DNA from: Escherichia coli
GTDB lineage: Bacteria > Pseudomonadota > Gammaproteobacteria > Enterobacterales > Enterobacteriaceae
Direction: 5' to 3' (one strand)
DNA length: 64,000 nucleotides
NCBI RefSeq assembly: GCF_046105845.1
Contig: NZ_CP151004.1
The translations under genes were made by a program, and so were the position numbers. Below, piece after piece: positions 54,498 to 63,804 of the stretch (position 1 is the first letter of the stretch; each line of letters opens with the position of its first letter). The notes below the pieces were generated by a model that was not told the origin of the DNA, did no database searches, and worked only from the letters and a program-made list of their open reading frames with translations.

Positions 54498-57400
54498 CCT
54501 TCATACTCCTGCCGGTCAGAAATACCTGTCCCGGCAGGCGGAAATTTTTCAGCTCCAGCAGCGCCATCGGCCCTTTGCCCTGTTCAACCCGCAGCAGGTA
54601 ATTCAGCGGCAGGCCGTCCTGCGCTTTCCACACCACTTTAAAGGTACTGCTGTCCACCGGTGTCACCTGCGCCTGTTCCAGCAGACGAATTAGGCTCCAG
54701 CTTCCCCGGTAATCCGCCAGTATACGTTCCATCGCCTGCGTGCTGGTCCAGCTCAGCGATGCGCCGGGTTGCCACTGTTCATCCGGCCAGTTAAAACGCT
54801 GCCAGCGTTCTTTCTGGTTGAAATACTCCAGTTCCTGCCCGTCAATCACCAGATGTGTTTTCATCACGTCTCGGGCCGGTTTTGCCCGCAGTTCAAAATG
54901 TATTCCGGCATCGCCGCTGGCAAAGGCGGTGTCAGCCACGTCACGCAGGCGGTTCAGGGCGCGAATAAAGTCCGGGTTGACCGTCAGCCCCTGCGTGTTC
55001 ATGGCGTCCGCCACCCAGTAGCGGCCTTCACGTTTCAGAACGCCGGAAAGGTTGGCGGCAATAAACTGGTTGATGCGCCCGTCATCGCGCAGATACTGCG
55101 CCAGCAGGGGGAGGGAAGCATCGTTCTGTGAGGCTTTGAACGGGTAGCGACCAGCGAAGTCCTGATTCCAGTGGCTGACAATCGCCCGCTGCCACTGGCG
55201 GTTCAGGCTGTCCGCCGCAGGCGTCAGCACCTGCCGCCACGACTGCTCCACCGGGCGGACGAACAGCGCCTGACCGAAGCCACTCCATTCCTCGCCCAGA
55301 CTGGCGGCGATTAACCGTCCGTAGTCGCGGGTGTCGGTGAGGTCAACGGTTTTGCCCTGCAAGACTGTCTGCGCCAGTTGTTGGGTCATCTCCTGTGGGT
55401 CGGGGGCGTTGGTCACCTGTTGCAGTTTGAGGCGCACGCGGGTGACGCGGGTCAGATACGTTTGCAGGCTGAGTTGCGTATCGCCACCACCGCCTCCGGC
55501 CTTATCGCCCAGCAAACGCAGCAGCGGCGCGAAGGTTTTATCCAGTGGCCCGACAGGCACGTCGTCTTCACGGGATTGCTGCGGCGTTTTCTCCTTGCCG
55601 TTAAACAGTTCCTGTGCCGATTTCGCCAGCGAGTCCGACAGGCCACGGTTTTCCCTGCCAGCCGCCGCCTGCCAGGCGAGGGTGTCCGTCAGCGCAATCA
55701 GCGGCGACTGACGGGCATCGGCCATCAGCGTCAGCTGGTCGAGAATGCCGGAGAGTGAGTCTTCCTTTTTCCAGCGAATGCTGTTGAGAAACGCCAGCCA
55801 GCTTCCGGCAAAGTCGGTAAAGTAGCGTGAGGTGAGACGGTTACGCAGCGTATCCGGCGAGATATCCGCAGAGGTATCCTGCTGGCGGTCGCTGAGTACC
55901 CAGTCGATTTCCTCGCGCCGCGCCGTCACCACCTGCTCGATGGCTTCCCTGACCTGTCCTTCCCACGCCTGACGGGTGAACATCCCCGGCACCGTCTGTT
56001 CCGTACTGAAAAGAGATTCGGTGAGCGTATCCCCGGTCATGTCCGCCAGCGTCATATCGGCGTAGTTGCGGGACACCTGTTGCAGTACGTTCTGGTAGAG
56101 GGTGTTTTCGGCATTGCGCACACCAATCTGGCGCAGCAGGATTTTACGCACCGCGCCGGTCAGTTCCGGTGGCGGCGAGGTTTTCCACTGCGGGTGTTCC
56201 GGCAGGTTCGCCATCCAGAAGGTCAGCAGTGACGGCAACACGCTCTGACGCACACCTTCCGGGATATTTTCATAGCGCAGGCCGTCCGCCATCAGCGTGG
56301 TACTGAAAAAGGCAGCGTCGGCCTTTTCCGGGCGGGAAGTCATCAGCAATGCCTTAAGCTGCTTATAGCGTTGTTCACCAGTGGCGGTACGCTGAGGACT
56401 GTTGGGCGGCAGCGCGACAAAGGCGTTCAGTTGCTGTTGCAGATGGTCAACGGCCACGTCGCGCACCAGCCGGTTTGCCGCCTGTGCATAGCCAGGAAAG
56501 GCGGCGGCGAGCAGTTGCTGGTTACGTTCAAGGCCAAAACGCTGATACCACGGCGCACCTTCGCGGATACGATATTGCAGGCGCTCCAGTTCGCCCTGCA
56601 GGGTATGCAGCGCCACCAGTTGTTCAGACAGCGGCAGCCGGGTATCAAGCGCTCGTGCAGTCTGGATGCTGGTTTCCTGAACAAGCGCGCGGTTGGCGAA
56701 GAAAGAGGTCGTCATTCCGGCCCCCCATATCGCCAGCATGCAGATGCCGCTTATCAGCGCGGCGCGTAGCCACGGAAAGCCCACTGTACGCCCCCGTGCG
56801 TTATCGCCGGTCACGCCCGCCCAGACCGGTGACGGCAGCCACGCATGAGGTGCGGCCTCCGGTACGGCGGTAAGCGGCGGGCTGAACATCAGACCGCGCA
56901 GGCGCAGGGAAGAGAATGCGCCGCCTGCCAGCAGCGGTTTCAGGACGGTCTGCCAGTGAGCGATACCCCGCTCTGCAAGGGTATGAGCCAGACGCAGCAG
57001 GAAATCATGGCGGTTATCGGTCAGCAGTTGCGACATGCCCTGTTCCGTCAGCGGCAGGGTTTGTGCTTCCAGCATTACAGCCAGTTGTTCCGGGGGACAG
57101 CGTTCCGGCAGCAGGCAGCCGACGCTTTGCAGAGGGCGTCCGGTCTGATAATCACCGTTGTCACAGACCTGCCACAAATAGAGTGGGGCCTGAAAACCGA
57201 GTCGCTTACTGCCGTTTATCAGTTCGCGCCAGCCTTTGTCGAGTTGCGCTGTCTGGCGGCTCTGTTCTTCTGTCAGCGCCCAGATGATGCCATCCAGCGG
57301 ACGGCTGCGACGCAGTTTTTTTAAGGCGGTCAGCAGTGTGACATCAGGCTCCGCTGATGGCCTGCCGCCATATATCAGCACCGTGTGGTCGCCCTCCAGC

Positions 57401-57852
57401 CAGTGTTGCCCGGTCAGCCCCGGCGCGATGGCTTCTGCCTGTTCAGGCTCGCCGGTCACCTGCAGCAGGCGGACTTTACGCCGCCAGAACGGACCGTAGC
57501 GGTCGCGCAGGAAGGCGGCGAGTTCCACCATTGCCGGATGACGGCTGTCGGCTTTCTTTGTCGTCACCGCCCGATAGTCATCCCCGGCGGCAAGCTGTCT
57601 GCGGAGTTCAAAGTTCTGTACGGCAGCGTGGCGGTTCAGCAGATGATAAACCCCCATGATAATCAAAAAGACCACGCCTGCGGCAATCACGCCCGCCATC
57701 CAGTACATCTGCTGCGGGCTGCCCGGCTCGACGCCCAGCAATGCCGGTTTACGGTGAATGAGCGTACAAAGTGCAACCACGACAGCCACGGTCATGACGA
57801 TTACTGGCCCTGAGAGCGAACGGGGCCGGAGACGGCTTAATCCCGGAACCAC
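54463..57852 (-). CDS. tssM: T6SS membrane-complex protein TssM (IcmF family)
   Basis: About 1130 aa from a GTG start at 57852-57850, 8 nt after an AGGAGG RBS and overlapping the upstream stop by 1 nt (alternative ATG at 57798; the ORF track extends to 58113). Two N-terminal TM helices, a third TM around residue 430, large C-terminal domain. No Walker A seen by eye. Confidence 0.8.
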   Translation of the reverse strand: MVPGLSRLRPRSLSGPVIVMTVAVVVALCTLIHRKPALLGVEPGSPQQMYWMAGVIAAGVVFLIIMGVYHLLNRHAAVQNFELRRQLAAGDDYRAVTTKKADSRHPAMVELAAFLRDRYGPFWRRKVRLLQVTGEPEQAEAIAPGLTGQHWLEGDHTVLIYGGRPSAEPDVTLLTALKKLRRSRPLDGIIWALTEEQSRQTAQLDKGWRELINGSKRLGFQAPLYLWQVCDNGDYQTGRPLQSVGCLLPERCPPEQLAVMLEAQTLPLTEQGMSQLLTDNRHDFLLRLAHTLAERGIAHWQTVLKPLLAGGAFSSLRLRGLMFSPPLTAVPEAAPHAWLPSPVWAGVTGDNARGRTVGFPWLRAALISGICMLAIWGAGMTTSFFANRALVQETSIQTARALDTRLPLSEQLVALHTLQGELERLQYRIREGAPWYQRFGLERNQQLLAAAFPGYAQAANRLVRDVAVDHLQQQLNAFVALPPNSPQRTATGEQRYKQLKALLMTSRPEKADAAFFSTTLMADGLRYENIPEGVRQSVLPSLLTFWMANLPEHPQWKTSPPPELTGAVRKILLRQIGVRNAENTLYQNVLQQVSRNYADMTLADMTGDTLTESLFSTEQTVPGMFTRQAWEGQVREAIEQVVTARREEIDWVLSDRQQDTSADISPDTLRNRLTSRYFTDFAGSWLAFLNSIRWKKEDSLSGILDQLTLMADARQSPLIALTDTLAWQAAAGRENRGLSDSLAKSAQELFNGKEKTPQQSREDDVPVGPLDKTFAPLLRLLGDKAGGGGGDTQLSLQTYLTRVTRVRLKLQQVTNAPDPQEMTQQLAQTVLQGKTVDLTDTRDYGRLIAASLGEEWSGFGQALFVRPVEQSWRQVLTPAADSLNRQWQRAIVSHWNQDFAGRYPFKASQNDASLPLLAQYLRDDGRINQFIAANLSGVLKREGRYWVADAMNTQGLTVNPDFIRALNRLRDVADTAFASGDAGIHFELRAKPARDVMKTHLVIDGQELEYFNQKERWQRFNWPDEQWQPGASLSWTSTQAMERILADYRGSWSLIRLLEQAQVTPVDSSTFKVVWKAQDGLPLNYLLRVEQGKGPMALLELKNFRLPGQVFLTGRSMKDAEEYGEDADE

Positions 57853-59066
57853 TATGATGCCTCCTGCGGTAAAACGAACGGCGACACCACGGTCGCCCAT
57901 GAATAATGTCCACCCTGAACGCCGCTGAGCGTCAGTTGGGGTTGTTGTAAATGCACTGACGCCAGCGCCGCAGCGGCGACGGACAGCCACGGCGCAGCCG
58001 GGCCGGAGCGCCCCAGAAAGGCATCCAGCTCGTACATCAGGGCTTCCTGAGCAAACGGCTGGTTCAGGCTTAACAACGCGGCACGCTGTTCCCTGTCCAG
58101 TTCGGCAGTCCACATGCCGGATATTGCATCTGGCTGCACCGGCATCCAGTCCAGCGCCTGTGCAATGCCTGACACCATCATCTCTGTATCAGTGATACGT
58201 TCAGGACGATGCAGCAGGGCCAGCGGCGTCAGCGCGGTTTGCGTCAACCGGTTTGCCAGCAACAGCGCGGTGGCGGATTCTGCCGTCCGTTCCGGGTTCT
58301 TCGGTTCAAGTCGTACGGAAATCACCAGCAGTACGGCCTTTTCCTGAATAAAGTTGTCCAGCCAGTCGTCCACGGCGGCCAGCCCCGGCTCCGGGGCAGA
58401 AAACAGACGGGCTTCCGGGAGTCCGGCTTTTTGCCATTCGTCCTGCCAGATAGCCATAACCGTTGACTCAGAAAGCGACGTACTGGTTTCTAAAAGCACG
58501 TTGATATGAAAATCATCGGGTAGCAGCGTCAGTTGCAGCCTGATATCGCTGAACAGACGGGAAAAAACTTCGGATAGACGTCCGGTAACCGGTTTATTGG
58601 TTAATACAGGGATGACACTGCGACGCACAGTATCTTCTCCGCGCAAATCAGCGTAAGTATTCAACACCTGCTGACGCGCCAGAAATGCTGTTGTAGTTTC
58701 TGCAACGGAATCACCATTCAGCGCGGTTTGTACGGAAAAACTGAGTATCTGCAACGCCCGTCGTCCCCGTCGCGTTTCCTGCAAAATCACCTCTTCCCGG
58801 CGCTTATTCCAGGCATCAGCCCGAATGTACTGCGTGATAAAAAACAGCCAGCGAACTGAAGCAACCAGCGACCAGATAAAGGCAGGCACACCACAGGCCA
58901 GCCCCCAGAAATACGGGCCGTTTTTTGCCAGTTCATCGCTGGCAAATAATGAAGTCAGGGCCACACCTGTGGACAGCATCAGTAATAAGGCTGACAGCCA
59001 TTTAATGCGGGCTGGCGGTGTGGGATAGGGTTCTGCGTCGGGAATGGCATGGAGTCGAACAGGCAT
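57852..59066 (-). CDS. inner-membrane protein of unknown function, translationally coupled to tssM
   Basis: 404 aa; two N-terminal TM helices (WLSALLLMLSTGVALTSLF; FWGLACGVPAFIWSLVASVRWLFFI) then a ~300-aa soluble domain with no motif I recognise; GC-rich like the core tss genes. Confidence 0.4.
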   Translation of the reverse strand: MPVRLHAIPDAEPYPTPPARIKWLSALLLMLSTGVALTSLFASDELAKNGPYFWGLACGVPAFIWSLVASVRWLFFITQYIRADAWNKRREEVILQETRRGRRALQILSFSVQTALNGDSVAETTTAFLARQQVLNTYADLRGEDTVRRSVIPVLTNKPVTGRLSEVFSRLFSDIRLQLTLLPDDFHINVLLETSTSLSESTVMAIWQDEWQKAGLPEARLFSAPEPGLAAVDDWLDNFIQEKAVLLVISVRLEPKNPERTAESATALLLANRLTQTALTPLALLHRPERITDTEMMVSGIAQALDWMPVQPDAISGMWTAELDREQRAALLSLNQPFAQEALMYELDAFLGRSGPAAPWLSVAAAALASVHLQQPQLTLSGVQGGHYSWATVVSPFVLPQEAS

Positions 59067-59126
59067 AAAAATAATCCGCTATTAAATTAGGTATATGATG
59101 TGGTTATATCCCGCTTTTCGATTAAA

Positions 59127-59504
59127 TTACTCTGATACATTTATGGTATATATTTTGCCAAACCGTCCTCTGCCACCACCACCTATGGAGAATCCTCCGA
59201 TTTCAATGACTATCGCCCCTTTTACAACAGGGATACCCTGAACAATAAGGCAACTATTTTGGTCTGGCTCAAAAACATCAATAGTCAAACCCGAATTCTC
59301 AGGCCTGAAATCTTTCAATGGAAAAAAAGGTACAGGCCCAACTCCTCCTGAAATCTCGATTTTTGCATAGTAACTCTGACCTAATTTTGCATCAGGCAAG
59401 GAGTCTGGGGAAACAGTAGTTTTTGGGATGATTAGCATATGTAAACATCCAGTTAGTGATATTGATAATGAACATATGAGTAAAAATTGAATTGTCTTTT
59501 TCAT
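59127..59504 (-). CDS. small lipoprotein; candidate immunity protein
   Basis: 125 aa; lipoprotein signal MKKTIQFLLICSLSISLTGC; ATGA start/stop overlap with the upstream gene; Gly-rich C-terminus; AT-rich. Confidence 0.45.
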   Translation of the reverse strand: MKKTIQFLLICSLSISLTGCLHMLIIPKTTVSPDSLPDAKLGQSYYAKIEISGGVGPVPFFPLKDFRPENSGLTIDVFEPDQNSCLIVQGIPVVKGAIVIEIGGFSIGGGGRGRFGKIYTINVSE

Positions 59505-60361
59505 GACTTGTTAGTGTCAATGTCAATATAAACCTGATTGGATCTAATGTTAAATTTATCTTCAAGTTTTTCACCCGACATATCAAGATTTAGCAGTAAT
59601 TTTTTAATTCCATCGTCGTTATTATCACCTAAGCATGAATTATCTGGTTCGAGGTGGCTATTATCTTTATTAAAGAAGCATATGTATTTCTGGCTCAATA
59701 GATTAAACATTTTTTTATAGATGCGCTGCCGAACAAGCCATTGTTCATTGACAAACGGATATTCAAGAGTACCTACCTTGTAACGCCGTAAGCCCGGCGG
59801 AAAAGCATATAAAGATTTATTCAAATAAATACTGACAACATACTTTTCCCCGGATTTAATCTCGAACCAGTTTCCAGAATCAGGATCGTCATCATAGCCA
59901 TTACAAAATGAACCCAGAAAATCCAGTCTTGAGTTATCAGTAATAATAAGAAAGTCTTGTTTACATGATGAGGTATATGCCATGTCTTGTTTATTTTTTT
60001 TAAAAAAAGTCAGAAAAATATCAGGAAGATAGAATGAATGGTGGCTTTTATTTTCAAATTCTATAGTCATTACAACTTCTTTTTTAGATTTTTGCTCTGC
60101 AAATAAACGGATAAACATGTTGATTTCAGACTGTAGCTTTTTATTTTCTTTATCATCCAATAAGTATCCTGGTGAGAGGAAAACATACTTCTCATCATCA
60201 CGTAATGGATAAAAAAAAGGTGAGTCAGTTACTATTCTGCTTTCCCCATAACCATAACCATACTTCTTAAAAACCAGTAAGTCATCGGCAATTGAATTAA
60301 GTGAAAACAGCAATAAGAAACAAAAAATTGCATAATTAATAAATTTACTAAATGTATGCAA
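59501..60361 (-). CDS. secreted protein of unknown function; candidate immunity protein
   Basis: Start placed at the TTG 7 nt after GAAGGAGG, giving the signal peptide MHTFSKFINYAIFCFLLLFSLNSIA; the ORF track's longer version starts at 60397. Very AT-rich. Confidence 0.45.
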   Translation of the reverse strand: MHTFSKFINYAIFCFLLLFSLNSIADDLLVFKKYGYGYGESRIVTDSPFFYPLRDDEKYVFLSPGYLLDDKENKKLQSEINMFIRLFAEQKSKKEVVMTIEFENKSHHSFYLPDIFLTFFKKNKQDMAYTSSCKQDFLIITDNSRLDFLGSFCNGYDDDPDSGNWFEIKSGEKYVVSIYLNKSLYAFPPGLRRYKVGTLEYPFVNEQWLVRQRIYKKMFNLLSQKYICFFNKDNSHLEPDNSCLGDNNDDGIKKLLLNLDMSGEKLEDKFNIRSNQVYIDIDTNKS

Positions 60362-60448
60362 AATAACCTCCTTCAATAAAAAATCAAAAAAAAACACAAG
60401 TTACATTTTACTCTAAATATAACTTGATTGATTAACAATTAAAGAAGA

Positions 60449-61252
60449 TTACTCGGGTGGTGGTGGGGGATTATTATCAACTATAATTTTTAAATCCTTA
60501 CTCATGTCCTCTTCCACAGATTTTTTTATATCTATTAAAATCTCTTCATTCAGAGCTATCTGAAAATATTTCTCAACATTATAAGCACTTCTGAAAACGG
60601 CCTGATTGTGTTGACTAACCATTGTTTTTGCAGCAGCCAAATGAGCATCACCACTCATAAATGCCGGTTTCCCTTGCGCATTCATATCATGTGTGCTCAT
60701 TCCACCACCAATACCACCTTTGCCGGTCCTACAAAAATGAGACATTTCATGACACAGCGTTGAAACCTGAGAATCAACACCACATAATGGTTTGTCCTTA
60801 AACTTTCCAGCTATAAAAATATGATAATCTTTATCAATAAATTCATTAACTCTGGCAGTGAAATTCCCACATACCGTATTATTAATATAATAGCAAGTTA
60901 ACACTCCATCCTTATCATATCTGAACATTTGATTATGAATTGTTTTAATCCTCTTGATACCATCCTGCATTATTAACAATGCAGTCTGTTTAGTTTCATC
61001 ATCATCTCCTATCAATTCATCACCTTTGGTGCCAAATATTTTATAAAACTCGCTTATCTCTTTTTCCTTCCCCCCCTTATTCCAACCCTCAAGAGAATGT
61101 TCGCGAATCTCAAGAACTTTTTCTTGGGCTTTGTGTGCTCGTAATATCATCTCTTTAAATTTATTAGTAATAACAACTTCAGCGACACAAATCTCTACAG
61201 TAGCTGGAGCTGGAGCTGGCTTGCCGTTTGATATTTTATTTCCCATATACAT
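60449..61252 (-). CDS. VgrG-adjacent protein with HExxH motif; candidate T6SS effector (putative metallopeptidase-like)
   Basis: 267 aa starting 6 nt after the vgrG stop (alternative ATG at 61246 has better RBS spacing). No signal peptide; contains CHEMSH followed by a Gly-rich segment; Pro-rich termini (PAPAPA, PPPPPE); AT-rich. Confidence 0.5.
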   Translation of the reverse strand: MYMGNKISNGKPAPAPATVEICVAEVVITNKFKEMILRAHKAQEKVLEIREHSLEGWNKGGKEKEISEFYKIFGTKGDELIGDDDETKQTALLIMQDGIKRIKTIHNQMFRYDKDGVLTCYYINNTVCGNFTARVNEFIDKDYHIFIAGKFKDKPLCGVDSQVSTLCHEMSHFCRTGKGGIGGGMSTHDMNAQGKPAFMSGDAHLAAAKTMVSQHNQAVFRSAYNVEKYFQIALNEEILIDIKKSVEEDMSKDLKIIVDNNPPPPPE

Positions 61253-61258
61253 TCCCTG

Positions 61259-63760
61259 CTAGTCGATCAGAACTTCAGGAAGTATTAATTCAACCTTTAT
61301 TTCCTGATCATTGTCTCTATTAAAGTTTTCTGTGTTTCCGTTATCATCAGTTACTCCCTCCTTTTGCGTCCCTTCAGCAAAGTATGCAATATATTTTGTG
61401 TTCGCATAAGGTATGCCATAATCATCCACAAAGTGAAACTGAAGGTTATATTCCCCGCTCTCAATCAACGGAAATGCCATTAGTTCCGGCGTCAGCTTCG
61501 CCTTCGGCTTACGACCGTAATATCCCGCCTTAACGTTATATTCTCCCGGCGTTCCAGCTTCTATCCCGCAGGCATCCAGCCGGATATAGCTGCCACCGCC
61601 GTTTAGGGTGATTTTCTTCTTCGCGGTGATCTTGATCTCATCTTCCGTACTGGTGATCACTATCGATTTCTGAGCCAACAGTTCCATCAGATCGTTCTGT
61701 GCCTGTACCGAGATCGCCCCCTTGTTGGCAAACAGCTTGATACCCGCTTTGCGCACAAACACGCTCAACGCCTGACCCACACCGATAAACATATTCTTCA
61801 CAACACCGATATCAGCGTGATTTCCTGCGTTCGCGATCAGGTTTTTCGATGCCGCCAGTTGCAGGTGCTCTCCGCTGGCGATCGCCACGCCTTTGGGTGC
61901 GCTTAGCAGGATCGCAGCCTGCGTCAGATCTTTTACACTCTGCTGCAACAGCGCTATCTGTGATGACAGATCTGCCGGATCGGCATTCGCCGTCTGCGCA
62001 TCAGTGGACAGCGACTTCATCTGTGACTGTGCGCCATCCAGTATTGCCATCGCCGGAGCCATTTCGCGCACCTGACCCTGCGCCTTGTCCTGCGCGTCGG
62101 CGCTGATAAAGATGCCTTTCTTTGCCCGCACCGCGCCCCACAGATCGGTACGCAGTTCAAAGCCTTCCCCGCGCTGCTGTTTCCCGGCGTCCACCAGATG
62201 ACCGAGGTTTAGCTGGCTCTTGCCGCCGTACTCGGTACTGACCTTGATATGCTCTTTGCCGCGCTCGTCATCCAGCCGGATTTTGTTGTTTGCCGGGGTG
62301 CGCAGCACGTTACGCTTGTAGTTCTGGATGGTCACATGGTCGGTGTGCGCCGAGTCGTGCTTTACCCCGGCGATATACGGTCGGTCCGGGTTGCCTTCCT
62401 CAAAGGCGATACTGACTTCCGTTCCCGCCAGCAGCGGCAGGTGCAGGCCGTAGGTGTCTCCCGCATACGGGCGCGACTGGCGCACCCACAGGCTTTCATA
62501 ACCCGGTTTCCACGTCTCGCGGTCAAAGTCGAGGTTGACCCGGTAGCGCCCGTCCTTGTCGATATGGGCATAGATATCGTTCTTCACCGTGCTGGTGACC
62601 CGCGCCGGGAGCGTTCCGGCCATGACCGGGCGGGGGATAAACGCCGGGCGGTAGCCGTAGCGTTCTGAGTACGGGATAGCGGTAAACGTCAGTTCATAGC
62701 TGCGGTCACGCGCCGCGCTGGCCGTCACGCCGGTAATCAGTACGCCCTTGCGGAACACCGCTGGCGCGTCGTCGCCCTGAACCCTGATTTCCAGCCCCGG
62801 CATCAGCAATGAACTGGTGCTCTGGCCTTTGAGAATGGCCTGTTCATTCAGGTAGCGTTCGTGGCGGATACGGGCATAAAACGCGCCGCTTTCCGCTGAT
62901 TCCTGGTCGCCTTTTTGCAGGAAGTTGTCGGCGTAGTGATAGGCTTCGCCGTAGGTGGTGTTATCGCCCCCGGTGGCGTCATGCTGCTCTGTCATCATCT
63001 CTGCTGTGGCGGTGCGGTAGTTGTAGTCCCGCGTGGTGACGCTTTTCTCCACCACGCTGTATGCCGTGTTCAGCCCCCATACGGCTTCCGTTTCACCATC
63101 AAACAGCCCTGAAGTATGGCGAAGCGGCAGCGTCAGTCCGCGCTCGTAGCCGCTCTGGTCGTCGTAAAACTCGACAACCTCAATTTTCAGCCGGGCGTCG
63201 GTGGCAAAGCGGAACCAGATACCCACTTCCGACAGCAGGCGTGAAATAAACGTCAGGTCGTCCTCACCGTACTGCATCACCTGTTCACGGGACGGGTATT
63301 CGCTTTTGAGGTTAAACACGAAGTCCTGACCGCGCATCTGATGCCGCTCGCGCAGGATTTTTTCGACGATTTGCGGCACCGTCAGATTCTGGTAGATGGC
63401 GTTCTGGCGGCTGCGGGCCAGCAGTGCCATACGGGGTTCAAGGCGCACTTCGTAACGGGCTTCATCCTGTGACGAGGAGAGATGTTTAAAGCCAGTAATG
63501 ACCCCGTACAGGGTGCGCAGGGGGGCCTGCACCGGCATTCCCTGTACGGGCGGTGCCGTCAGGCTGAATGCGCCGTCCTGCATCAGCACCGACTCCGGCT
63601 CGATGGCTTTATCGGTACTGGTAAACTTAATGTCGTAGCGGAAGGGGGCGCTGAGTTGCTCACTACCCGTAAAGGTCAGCACGTCCACCGGGCTTTTCAG
63701 GCTGCGAATTTTGAGCTTGTGGTGCGCGTGGTTAAAGTTTAGGGCAGGAATATTCATCAT
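61259..63760 (-). CDS. vgrG: T6SS spike protein VgrG with C-terminal extension
   Basis: 833 aa; gp27/gp5-like VgrG body, beta-helical region, then an extra ~100-aa C-terminal segment (...ELMAFPLIESGEYNLQFHFVDDYGIPYANTKYIAYFAEG...). Confidence 0.85.
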   Translation of the reverse strand: MMNIPALNFNHAHHKLKIRSLKSPVDVLTFTGSEQLSAPFRYDIKFTSTDKAIEPESVLMQDGAFSLTAPPVQGMPVQAPLRTLYGVITGFKHLSSSQDEARYEVRLEPRMALLARSRQNAIYQNLTVPQIVEKILRERHQMRGQDFVFNLKSEYPSREQVMQYGEDDLTFISRLLSEVGIWFRFATDARLKIEVVEFYDDQSGYERGLTLPLRHTSGLFDGETEAVWGLNTAYSVVEKSVTTRDYNYRTATAEMMTEQHDATGGDNTTYGEAYHYADNFLQKGDQESAESGAFYARIRHERYLNEQAILKGQSTSSLLMPGLEIRVQGDDAPAVFRKGVLITGVTASAARDRSYELTFTAIPYSERYGYRPAFIPRPVMAGTLPARVTSTVKNDIYAHIDKDGRYRVNLDFDRETWKPGYESLWVRQSRPYAGDTYGLHLPLLAGTEVSIAFEEGNPDRPYIAGVKHDSAHTDHVTIQNYKRNVLRTPANNKIRLDDERGKEHIKVSTEYGGKSQLNLGHLVDAGKQQRGEGFELRTDLWGAVRAKKGIFISADAQDKAQGQVREMAPAMAILDGAQSQMKSLSTDAQTANADPADLSSQIALLQQSVKDLTQAAILLSAPKGVAIASGEHLQLAASKNLIANAGNHADIGVVKNMFIGVGQALSVFVRKAGIKLFANKGAISVQAQNDLMELLAQKSIVITSTEDEIKITAKKKITLNGGGSYIRLDACGIEAGTPGEYNVKAGYYGRKPKAKLTPELMAFPLIESGEYNLQFHFVDDYGIPYANTKYIAYFAEGTQKEGVTDDNGNTENFNRDNDQEIKVELILPEVLID

Positions 63761-63804
63761 TATTTTCCTGTATAGATAGAAATATTTTCGTCATTAAAAA
63801 TAAA

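Noticed and set aside
53853-54641. 262-aa plus-strand ORF across tssA/tssM
   Set aside because: Antisense to two overlapping core T6SS genes; Arg/Gln/Pro-rich shadow frame.
57236-57813. Plus-strand ORFs near the tssM 5' region (57236..57499, 57385..57813)
   Set aside because: Antisense to tssM, Arg/Pro-rich, no independent support.
62249-62668. 139-aa ORF antisense to vgrG
   Set aside because: Inside vgrG on the opposite strand, Arg/Val-rich, no start context.
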